A stretch of DNA of 63,997 bases, the filler included, from Sanchytrium tribonematis (Eukaryota): NCBI GenBank assembly GCA_018985235.1. It is 7 parts of 7 records of this genome, joined end to end, with 100 filler letters (N's around TTAATTAATTAA, not from the genome) between each part and the next. Parts side by side here need not be neighbours in the genome. Positions count along the whole stretch, not along the records: positions 6,066 to 12,022 come from JADGIG010000565.1; positions 12,123 to 18,034 come from JADGIG010000567.1; positions 18,135 to 47,007 come from JADGIG010000055.1; 4 more parts are not named here. The stretch is one strand, 5' to 3'. The translations under genes were made by a program, and so were the position numbers. Positions 10,955 through 21,313 of this stretch are shown here, piece by piece. The notes beneath the pieces were generated by a model, which had not been told where the DNA came from, did no database searches, and saw nothing but the letters and a program-made list of their open reading frames with translations. The first letter of the stretch is position 1. Every line of letters begins with the position of its first letter.

Positions 10955-11161
10955 CAATCCGTGTTTCCTCCGCAAACTAGATGAAAAAGAAGGGATTTTA
11001 AAATTGAATAGTCGATTTATTATCAATGACTCAACATGGCGGCTTAAGGTAACAAGTGTGTGGGTACTATGATTAGGAAGTGTTTTTGATGCACCATTTT
11101 TTGACACCAATTAATTTATGTTTAAAAATAAATTTTATTGTCAAGTGTCTCAAGCCCCTTT

Positions 11162-11536
11162 TCAAACCTCAAAATAATAAAGCAGAGCCAGTGATGTTAT
11201 TAATATCACAATAGCACTAACTACCTTTATAGCAAAAACCAGATCTTTTCTTCGATTTGCCTCCACCTCTTTTAGTTGCTTTCCATTCAAAAATTCATTG
11301 CGATTTGTTATGTCTGCAGCGGCTTCAGCTGCATGTTCTAAAGTAGCTTCTCTTAATGTGTCTTTAATTCCTGAAACATCAATTGTAGTCTTTGGTTGTT
11401 TAGCATAAATATTTGGATTAAATGTTGGCTCTTCAAATGTTTGATCTATTTGACCCTCAGTAATCGTCTTTTCTAGATGAGCTTCCCCTTCTACTGGTTC
11501 TGCTCCAAATATGATTGCCAACAAAATCAATTGCAT
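11162..11536 (-). CDS. Small type I membrane protein
   Basis: Short signal MQLILLAIIFG and C-terminal TM. Confidence 0.65.
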   Translation of the reverse strand: MQLILLAIIFGAEPVEGEAHLEKTITEGQIDQTFEEPTFNPNIYAKQPKTTIDVSGIKDTLREATLEHAAEAAADITNRNEFLNGKQLKEVEANRRKDLVFAIKVVSAIVILITSLALLYYFEV

Positions 11537-11690
11537 TAGTTGATAATTGACTAGAATGGTCCTTTTATCATCATTACAGATTCTGTCATTGGTTACAGAA
11601 ATAGCACAGTGTCTTGAATCCAATCAATCAAGTGCTAAACACTGAATACAGGTCTAAGCACGGTATTTCATAAATGTAATTTATTATGTT

Positions 11691-12022
11691 TCAAACTTGT
11701 TTCTCCATCAAATCAATTGATGTATATTTGGGATGCTTTCTACGCCATTTTATTATAAATATTATCAATAATACACTCAATAATATAGTAAATGACATGA
11801 TCCATTGCAATTCATGGTCATTCATGTCATCCAATTTATTTCTCTCCTCAGGATATCCAAAATAATCATATTCAGAATAGGGCACTTTACAGACTTGCAT
11901 AGGTACTTTCAAGACACTTTGAATGGATAATTCACTCTCAAATATCAATTTATCATCCAATCCACCACTTAAAATCAAAATATCCTCTAAATCAGCAGTC
12001 AAACTATTTTTATTTTTTAAAG
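11691..12022 (-). CDS. Single-pass membrane protein, 5' partial
   Basis: Frame open from contig edge; TM followed by basic residues. Confidence 0.6.
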
Positions 12023-12122
12023 NNNNNNNNNNNNNNNNNNNNNNNNNNNNNNNNNNNNNNNNNNNNTTAATTAATTAANNNNNNNNNNNNNNNNNNNNNN
12101 NNNNNNNNNNNNNNNNNNNNNN
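12023..12122. other. Artificial contig linker
   Basis: N44-TTAATTAATTAA-N44. Confidence 0.98.
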
Positions 12123-12508
12123 ATTGGCTACTTTATCAGAATGTTGGGGATATTCACACAATGAGAGTTTTGAGGCGCTATTACAACAAAATCCACTTTA
12201 TCAAATGCAAAATGGATATTTTAAATTCATGGAATTATTAGGATCAAGTGTTAAAAACGACTGCTCATCACTATTTAATAAAACATGATTTATAATGGCA
12301 ATTCTTCTTTATCCGAATCATCTAAATAATCTCGTCTATATTGAATCATGAATCTTGTTAAAATCATGAATGCGATGAATGCAAATGCAATAATAAACAG
12401 TGGGATAGATTGAAATACCATTAAATTCATCAACAACATGATGAAAATGGGAGGGATTCAAATATAAATTAAAAAAGATGCTTGCAAATAGCCTTGGTCA
12501 TTCACGAT

Positions 12509-13021
12509 TTATTGATGAAGATGTGCGAAATTTGCTTTTAAATCACTAGGGCAATGCGTGGCCATATAATGCAATACATTATTATTTTGACATTTCATTA
12601 TTTCATTTAATATCCCATTTTCAAATCCATATTCATTTAATAAATAAATCATTAATTCTAATTGACCATATTTAGCAGCATATCGACAACAATCTCGATG
12701 ATATTCAAATTGATTTGAAATGGCCCATTTGAATACTGGCAAACTACCAAATTTGCCAATTAATATCATGAATTGATAATTTGGTATTTTGGATTGATAA
12801 TGGGTTAAAAATGGAATATTATCAGTGGATATACTACATTCTAGTATAATACTGATTCGGATACATTCTACTTCCACCTCATTGGTGATTTGATGGATAA
12901 AATGGTCATAAGATTGAGTAGAATGTAATAATTGGATATATTTTAAGTGTTTTGTATGGCCATATGCTAGTTTAGAGAGTATCATATGTTGTAATTCGTT
13001 GGGGAAGCATGTTAAAAACAT
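12509..13021 (-). CDS. F-box-like + divergent ankyrin-repeat protein
   Basis: FPNELQHMILSKL (F-box-like); G.L...KW and CC.YAAKYGQLELMIYL (ankyrin-like). Confidence 0.55.
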   Translation of the reverse strand: MFLTCFPNELQHMILSKLAYGHTKHLKYIQLLHSTQSYDHFIHQITNEVEVECIRISIILECSISTDNIPFLTHYQSKIPNYQFMILIGKFGSLPVFKWAISNQFEYHRDCCRYAAKYGQLELMIYLLNEYGFENGILNEIMKCQNNNVLHYMATHCPSDLKANFAHLHQ

Positions 13022-13261
13022 TTGAAGGCGATAGTCAAACAAGGAGATGAAATGGAGATTTGGATGGGTTAAAAAGGAGAAATTATCAGTCACATTTTAT
13101 TATCCTTCATTTTGATTGCTTTATTAATGATGCATTGCTCAAATATTCTGTATTTCTTCTGAAACAAAACATGTGGATGACTTCTTATCGGGAACATTTG
13201 ATTGGTGACTATAATCTTTGTGTGAAAATCGTTGTTATCGTAATTTCCACGTGATTTTTCG

Positions 13262-13759
13262 ATGAAACTGCAATCCGAAATTACCATTTTCAAAGTCGTC
13301 AATCTCGATGCTCACAACTCATTATTTTCACAAATCTCTGAAATGATTCAGCAAGGCAATCATTTCCACTCTCAAATCTATCCAGAATTAGGTGATCCAT
13401 CTCTATATCTCACCGACATGTCCTATTTGATAGATAACAAAGCAGTCTTTATTGTTGCTCTTGAAAATGATGAACTAGTGGGAATGGGTGCAATTTTATA
13501 CCATGAACAATATTGTGAATTTAAGAGGGTATTTGTCAATCCAAATCAACGCGGGAATGGAATCGGGAAGCGAATTATCTTGGCAATGGAACAAGATGTC
13601 ATTTCAAATGGATATTCAAAGGCGTATTTAGTAACAGGAACACGCCAATGCAAAGCTATCCAATTATATCAGCAGATGGGATTCATGTTAATGGAATCAT
13701 TTGGATCCTATCAAAAGAGTCCATTATTGGCATTCTTGGGAAAGACGATGACCCAATAA
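13262..13759 (+). CDS. GNAT N-acetyltransferase, bacterial type
   Basis: EFKRVFV.P.QRGNGIG motif A; L.TG..Q..AI.LY...GF; FG.Y...P...F..K tail. Confidence 0.85.
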   Translation: MKLQSEITIFKVVNLDAHNSLFSQISEMIQQGNHFHSQIYPELGDPSLYLTDMSYLIDNKAVFIVALENDELVGMGAILYHEQYCEFKRVFVNPNQRGNGIGKRIILAMEQDVISNGYSKAYLVTGTRQCKAIQLYQQMGFMLMESFGSYQKSPLLAFLGKTMTQ

Positions 13760-13788
13760 AATTATGTGAAACATTTAAATTAATTTGA

Positions 13789-14779
13789 TTGGTTCGATCT
13801 TCCATCGGGATAATTATCAAATGCGGCTCCCCTGCCGCATCTGTGAAATATATCTACATGAAGAAATCTAAGCAATTTCAGTACGATTTAAATGATTTAA
13901 TGGAAATTTATGATAATTTGGAAAATGACGAATATTTAGCATGTATCACTGTAAACCCACAACACAATCCAACTGGGATCAATATGAGTGAATCACAAGT
14001 CAATGGATTGATTCAATTTGCTGATAAACACAAATCTGCACTTTTAATTGATGATGCAAATTTCGGTATTTGTAGTGCTGCAAAACCCACAATTGCATTA
14101 AAATTATTAGCTAACTACATTAAATCAGATGCATATAGTGGTAGCTTACTATGGTGTCAAGTGAGATCACTCGGTAAGCAATTCTCCTCAAATGGATGGG
14201 GAATTGGTAAATTTAATTTATTTAGGTTTCTGTGTGGCACATCCATCTGTGTTAAAACCATTGATGTGGAAATACTTTTATGCGCATTCATATGGTTCTG
14301 GTGTCCCATTACAACTAGCCATGTCTAAATTTTTAAATGATCCAGCAAGTACGCAATATTTGTCAAAAGTGAATGAAACCATGATTTTAAAGAAGCAATT
14401 CATTAAAAAGAGGTTTTTAGATTTAAATTATCCATCTGATGCTCTGATTGTAGGTGAATGTACATCTTACATGTTATTTGAAATCCCTCCTAAATTTCAT
14501 AAATTGTTGCAATCTCAAGTGGAGATGCTAAAACACAAGAAATCTAATAATTTAGATGTGTATCATGAAGATGATGGATATAACTATTTGGAAATTGCAT
14601 ATAGAGAACATATTGCAGAGAAATGTGGGTTGGTATTCGGATATTGCAGTATGATTAATCCTGAAAATACTGAAGATTATTATCCTGCCATGTTGAGAAT
14701 GTTTTTAGGACCATCTATGGATGTATTGGCTGAAGCAATGGATAGATTAGAAAAATGTGGATTCGGATGGAGTGAATAA
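13789..14779 (+). CDS. Class I/II PLP-dependent aminotransferase-fold protein, apparently 5'-truncated, join(13789-14206,14226-14779)
   Basis: NPQHNPTG, LIDDA, SLGKQFSSNGWGIG|FCVA (PLP Lys), LRMFLG; N-terminal part of the fold is missing. Confidence 0.75.
14207..14225 (+). other. 19-nt spliceosomal intron (phase 1)
   Basis: GTAAATTTAATTTATTTAG; restores GWGIGFCVAHP. Confidence 0.85.
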
Positions 14780-15088
14780 ATTCTTGATCTCTAGGAGATG
14801 AGGAGGAAACGAGTAAGTATTTTTGCAAAATGATTATTTTCATCTTCTGATTATTGATGATAATACGTTCTACCTTTATGATGCAGTTCATCTGACATAG
14901 TTGATATTGATTAGAATGACTTGAGACCCTTGAAATGCGCATAGATGCTTAGAAGTCTCGTAATTTGCCACCAATTCGTAACTAGGTAAGTTTGAACACT
15001 GATGATATATTCTCCGCTGATCTGTACTACTGTAGACAGAGAATCTCTGACCATTTCACTCACATAGATTCAAATCCAATAAATTTAT

Positions 15089-15550
15089 TTAAACCAGCAA
15101 TAAAATGGATACACTTAAAACAGAGAATGTGGCAGTCATTGCAGATGATGTACTTCCAGTTCCAATTTGAGTATCATTTGGATATTTAGCAGCGCATCCT
15201 TTTACACTTTGCAATGCCTTGTCATTCAATTTCTTCAATTCATCTCCACCTGACAATAAAAGCATTTTAGATTCGAATTGGTCACATTTACTCTCACATG
15301 TCTTTGGATTTAACTTTTTGGAAGGATCTGGATAACAAATTGTGTCATCTTCTTTGTGGCATCTCATTGCTGGAAGTAAAATGGTAGTATTTTTGAAATC
15401 AGCTTCACTACATTGCGGAAACAATGCTTCTGTCAAATCACCACATTGATTGCAAATATCATCTGCACTTGTGTTGTTTGAATTTGAGATACAATCCAAG
15501 GCAGAGGTGTATGCTGTTTGACATGAGGAAGAGATTTCAGTAGAATTCAT
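15089..15550 (-). CDS. Cys-rich, possibly GPI-anchored protein; start uncertain
   Basis: About 10 Cys, Ser/Thr spacer, hydrophobic C-terminus; no clear signal peptide at first ATG. Confidence 0.55.
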   Translation of the reverse strand: MNSTEISSSCQTAYTSALDCISNSNNTSADDICNQCGDLTEALFPQCSEADFKNTTILLPAMRCHKEDDTICYPDPSKKLNPKTCESKCDQFESKMLLLSGGDELKKLNDKALQSVKGCAAKYPNDTQIGTGSTSSAMTATFSVLSVSILLLV

Positions 15551-15614
15551 TGCAATCAAATACCCTCTCAGTATTTATTCATACAATTAAATTGATGGCG
15601 AATCACAGAATTTG

Positions 15615-15654
15615 TGCAATCATTTGCAAACATTTGCAATCATTTGCAAACATT
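15615..15654. repeat. Tandem repeat (TGCAAWCATT)x4
   Basis: tgcaatcatttgcaaacatt occurs twice in tandem between divergent genes. Confidence 0.9.
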
Positions 15655-15784
15655 AAGGCAAGCATTCGAGATAAACAATTTAGAATTTGATTTGGAAGTG
15701 ATCACCATATAATATTTTAACCATCTCTGTGAACCATCTTTGTGTTCTTTGTCGAATACACACGGAGGATCTCCCTTTTTTCGA

Positions 15785-17942
15785 ATGGAAGCATTTTTGA
15801 TCACCAATGCCATTGGGATTATCGGTAAAATGCTACCCGTATTGCAACAAATCAAATTAGTCCATGAAAATTTTAAAGATGCAGATATTTTACTGGAAAG
15901 ACTCACACGATTAAACTTTATTTTAAAAGGGATGGAGATTAACAGACAATCAACCACCACCCATCACATACTGAGTGTACTAAATGATAAATTGAAGAAT
16001 GCGAGTGAATTTATTGTGGATTTTGCGGATAAACATGCTGTAAAAAAGATTTTATTGGCAGACAGATATCGCGATAAATTCATTGCTTTGAATGATGAGC
16101 TGTATAAAATGCTGTTTGAATTGGCCTTGTGTCAGACGATAGATATGAAAGACGGCGACGGAGAGATGAGTGGCAAATTAGAACAAATTATGGGAATATT
16201 GAAGGATATGTCTTTTAATGGATCCAATGAGGCATACAATGGAATATATGCGCATTTGAATGCATCAGCCAGTGAAATTCAAGAACCCTGGTAGCTTCAA
16301 AGTCAAATTAGATGCTTTATAGAAAAACAAAGCCATTTTGAGAGAAGTGAAGGCGTTTGAAAAATTAAACAAATCTCCGTTTATTGTTAAATTTTACGGC
16401 GTGACTGCCGTAGAGGATAATTTGGGATTCGTAATTGAGTATGTAGACAATTATACGCTCTACAGTTGGTTATATTTTGAGAGATCGCTCCCAAATGACC
16501 AAATCAATAAAATTCAACTCGGGATTGCCCGTGGACTCGCTTATATGCATCTAAATGGAATAGCCCATAATGACGTCAAATCCAATAACATCATGATCGA
16601 CAGTCTGTACATGCCCCGCATTATAGACTTGGGAATGGCTAAAATCACAAATTCAACTGTTTCTACAATTGGCAAAAATCGAACCATCGGCACAGATCAA
16701 TGGAGAGCCCCAGAATACTGGCAAATGTCACCAGATAATATGCGATATCGTAAAGAGTATCCATTCGCAGGTGATATTTACGCATTTGCAATCGTTTTAG
16801 GGGAAATTGCAACAAAAATCATTCCCTGGATTGATTTTAGTAGTGAGGATATTAAGCAAGCAGTTTGCCAAGGAATGAGACCCTATTCCAATACTGATAT
16901 AAAATCACACATATTTCAATTTATAGAAAAGTGCTGGTCTACAAATCCACAAAATAGACCAGATATGACTGAAATCAAGAATTTCCTACTCACTCTTGTA
17001 TCTCCACCATCCTTTAAACCTTCATTGAATAATCCCCTTTTTGCTAATAATTATCAGCCAAAAATCAATTCCGCTACACCCATTCCACCCAAGCCAATTA
17101 CACCCACTGTTGATTTATCCAATTTATACGGTCTTGATCTTTTAGACCTTTTAAAACAGTCTATATTTGATTGCAATCTCAATTTATTTGAGCCACTATT
17201 AATAAGAAGTACCGAATACATTTTTATCCACGACTTGGCTTTATTTTTTAAAACATTATGTAAAAATCACGCTGTAACATTAAATCAATTCAAAACATCC
17301 TTAAAATCATCTCATTTAGTGAATGATTCATATGTATTAGCATTAATATCCTATTATAATTTATTTTCCAAATCTAAAAAGCAAATTTATACCACATTTT
17401 TAGAATCAATCCATCGCAATTCTTTTTCATTGGTCATTCTGGGTGAATTATGTAAAAATGGTTACGGCGTTGTCAAATCAAAAGAAGAAGCATTCAACTA
17501 TTTTGAAAAAGCAGCAAAATTAAATATTCCATTAGCGCAAGTAAAATTGGGTGACTGCTATCGATATGGCAATGGTTGTAAAAGAAATCATACACTAGCC
17601 CACGATTATTACAATTTGGCAGCCAAAGCTAATTGTCCCCAAGGATTTTACTCTTTAGGATATAAAAATGAAAATCCTCTGTATTCTCTAAAGCAAGCCG
17701 CATGTGAGCATTTGATAAAAGGGGCCAAGTATGGATCTATCGAATGCATCTCATATCTTTTAGATATTATTGAGGATGTCACGCCTTTTATAACTCAGGA
17801 GGTGCGCCTTGATTGTGAAAAGAAATTGTTTGAATACAAGAAATATGGAATAATTCGTAAATACATAACTGTCAAAAATTATGGCTTCGCAAGTAAATTG
17901 CCATGGCAGTTGCAAAAGATGTACTGCAAGCATTTTCAATAG
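15785..17942 (+). pseudogene. MLKL/RPW8-like helical domain + TKL kinase + Sel1 repeats, interrupted at about 16290-16340
   Basis: Helical N-domain ORF ends at TAG 16294; kinase resumes in another frame at helix C with no Gly-loop or VAIK; HNDVKSNN, DLG, WRAPE; Sel1 repeats (AQVKLGDCYRYGNG). Confidence 0.7.
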
Positions 17943-18034
17943 ACGCGAATCTAAAAGTAAATCCCAAATCATTTATTGTTAATGACACAAAACAGCTTCA
18001 TCCTCATTCAAATTCACTTTCTTGAGAATCACAG

Positions 18035-18134
18035 NNNNNNNNNNNNNNNNNNNNNNNNNNNNNNNNNNNNNNNNNNNNTTAATTAATTAANNNNNNNNNN
18101 NNNNNNNNNNNNNNNNNNNNNNNNNNNNNNNNNN
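18035..18134. other. Artificial contig linker
   Basis: N44-TTAATTAATTAA-N44. Confidence 0.98.
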
Positions 18135-18135
18135 T

Positions 18136-21100
18136 AAAATTCCAATTGTTCCAAAAAGATTTGTAATTCCGCCTGCTCCGACTCAGACTAACTTATATAA
18201 AACTTGTAAATCAAAAAAGAACGTTGCTATGATCCTAAGTGGTGGTCCATCGATGTATTATAACGGCTATCTTAAGGTTCTCAATGACCTTAATGTAGTG
18301 GCTAATTTTTTCCCAGACTCCAACACCTCTGCAATGTGGTACAATCGAGATGCAATAGATTTAAATAAGCGAAACCAATTCGGTATGGGATCTTCGTGGG
18401 TTTTAGACTCTAAAAATGGAAAAATTACAAAGGTTACAAGTTTTGAAATTGCCACTAATGCCTCTCGAGATACGGTACAAATGCTGACTCACAACAATGG
18501 ATCTATGTTCATTTATCCTCCTTTTGATGGATACGATGCCCCAACCCTATTTAAGTGGAATCAAATGGGATATTATGTCGTAGGACCTTCGATCGATTCA
18601 CAGGATTGGCAAGTGAATGCTAATACTGATTCAGTACTGTCAAATGTACAGACTTTTTTAGATTCCGATTCAGATCAAGGCTACATTTTGTCCTGCAGTG
18701 GCTATAGTAATGTTTGCTTAAATGCACTACCCAGAATGGTAGGATTATTTTATAGTTATGGATATCAATTTGTGAGCTTGTCTACATGTTTGAACACCAC
18801 AGCAAATACAATTCCTGTTGCACACCCCGTGAGCTACAACAGTCCAGACAAATCTGTCACTTCTGGTACTGTCAGCAGTTTTTGTGGTCCAAATTACAAC
18901 AATCAGAATTGCGATGCCAATTATTGCTGTTCCATTTTTGGTACGTGTGGTCTAAATAAGAACTTTTGCTATGGTGACTATTTTTGTGGATGGTTGTGCA
19001 AAGGTGATACACCACCAGTGGTTGACGGTGCTTTAGAAGAACCAATCACAACTTGTTTGCCTGGAAATAAAAAGAAAGTCGCATTGACATTTGATGATGG
19101 ACCGCATTCCAATTACACCAACTTATATCTGGACATTTTAAAGGCAAGAAATATTACTGTTACTTTTTTTGCGAGCGGGTACAATTTGATTAAAAACGAA
19201 AAAGTTTTCAAAAGAATTATAAACGAAGGCCATGAAATTGCGCACCACACTTGGAATCACAGTGATTCTCAAGTATTAATGAGGACGCCGTATGCTTTTG
19301 ACTTGGATATGAATTCTACTTACAATTTATTGGTTCAATACACGGGGAAACATCCTTACTTTTTCAGACCACCATATGGTAGTTTCAATCAACTCACAAT
19401 GAATCGATGGAAGCAACTCAATTATCTTCCAATTATTTGGGACATCGACTCCAATGATTGGCGAAATCCGGACAAGTTTGACCTCGCATTTCAAAATATT
19501 AAAGATCAATTTTTGCAAGATACTGAGAGTGGACATATCATACTTTGTCACGATATTCATCCGACCTGTTTGGCTCATTTAAATGATATCATAGATCTTT
19601 TTCACAGTTACGGATACACATTTGTCAAAACTAGCGACTGTATTGGAGAGAAACCATTTTTAGAAGATCCCCACCCTCCTACACCTACTACCAAATATAC
19701 TGTACAATATCCGCCTACAAATGCTATACATAGCACCGCTATACCACTTACAACTGACGCGCCCCTCTTTTCAAATGCCACCATGCCACCTGCGCCACAA
19801 CAATTTCAAGCGTATGGACAATGCTCGAACAAAAAGGTTCACATATTTGTAGAGGATGGCCCTAGTGGCGATACAGTTGCAATGTTCAATGCTTTTAAGA
19901 CCTTGAAAATCCCTTTGACTTTTTTCATGAGTAATGACTCTCTGGATGAGCCGAGACAGATATTAGACATCAGCAAGGTTGACGATGTGGCACTTCTATT
20001 AAATACCATGCCAGTCACATCGAATAGTGCCATAGTCAATCAGAGCACATTCGATGCGTATGTGAATAACACTCGAGAAATTCTTCAAACTCTTACACAC
20101 AATCAAGCCGTAAAATTTGTTAAATTCGCAAATAATATGTACGACCAAGCTGTCACTGATAGACTCAATGAATTGGGCTACTATTTAATTAAAAGTAATT
20201 TGGATCCTGATGATTATGCTAAAAATGTTTCTCACACCATTGATGTTTTAAGTCAACAACTAGCATCAAATAGTAATCAAGGATATATGGTAAATTGCGG
20301 TGGATTTACCTCAGTATGCGCAGATGCAGCATCACAAATTAAAGATCTCTTTATAAGCAAAGGTTACACTTTTGTTTCTATAGAAGATTGTCTAGGTCTA
20401 GACCCACAAATTATTGAGATTCCTACAAAACAAATTTTTGGAAGTAATGCGACAAAGCCTGTAAGTGGATTGGTTGCCTCAGATGCACTTTGTGGACCAA
20501 ATTACGCAAATCAAGGCTGTGACACATTTTATTGTTGTAACATGTATTCTTTTTTAATTTAGATTTGGAAATTGTGGGCTTTCGGTGAACGATTGCTATG
20601 CAGATTATTTCTGTGGCTGGAAGTGTCATGGAAAAACTCCCAATTTGAAGCCGGGAACTCTGGAACAACCTATCAAGACTTGCGTCAACGACAAGGAAGT
20701 GGCACTTACATTTGATGATGGCCCACATGCTAATTATACTGACTTATACTTGGATATTTTGAAAGATAGAAAGGTAACGGCGACATTCTTTGTCAGTGGG
20801 TACAATCTTGTTAAAAACAGTGCCCAATTTATAAGAGAACTCAATGAAGGCCACCAAGTTGCCCATCACACCTGGAATCACACAGATAGTCAACTTTTGA
20901 TTCAAAATCCTGCAATGTTTGACTATGACATGAATTCTACAATTAATTTAATGCACAAGTTGAGCGGGTCTTGGCCAAATTTCTTTAGGCCTCCTTTTGG
21001 AAGCTACAATGTGGATGCTATGAACCGATGGAACGATTTAAAATTACTACCAATTATGTGGGATGTCGACAGTAACGATTGGAGAAATCCTGACAAGTTC

Positions 21101-21295
21101 GATTTGGCATTTCAAAACATTGTAAATGCTTTTACGGATAAGAAAAAGGGACACATTATTCTTTGTCACGATATCCATCCTACTTGCTTGGCGCACTTGA
21201 ACGATATCATAGATTTATTTCAGGGTTTTAATTACACTTTTGTAAATATTAGTAGATGTTTGGGCGGTGCAGCACCATATCGATCTTCTTTTTAA
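18136..21295 (+). CDS. Multidomain CE4 chitin deacetylase with CBM18/hevein modules, 5' partial, join(18136-20543,20563-21295)
   Basis: Two complete NodB domains (TFDDGP, HTWNH, RPP.G, DSNDW, LCHD), two degenerate NodB domains, two CG...C...CC...G.CG hevein modules. Confidence 0.9.
20544..20562 (+). other. 19-nt spliceosomal intron (phase 2)
   Basis: GTATTCTTTTTTAATTTAG; splicing gives YCCNIFGNCG, matching YCCSIFGTCG in the first repeat. Confidence 0.92.
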
Positions 21296-21313
21296 ATTTT
21301 CAGAATAAATAAT

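Noticed and set aside
16291..16322. 21-nt or 32-nt GT-AG introns rescuing the MLKL-like kinase
   Set aside because: Both create TGA, neither fits the branch consensus, and kinase subdomains I-II would still be missing
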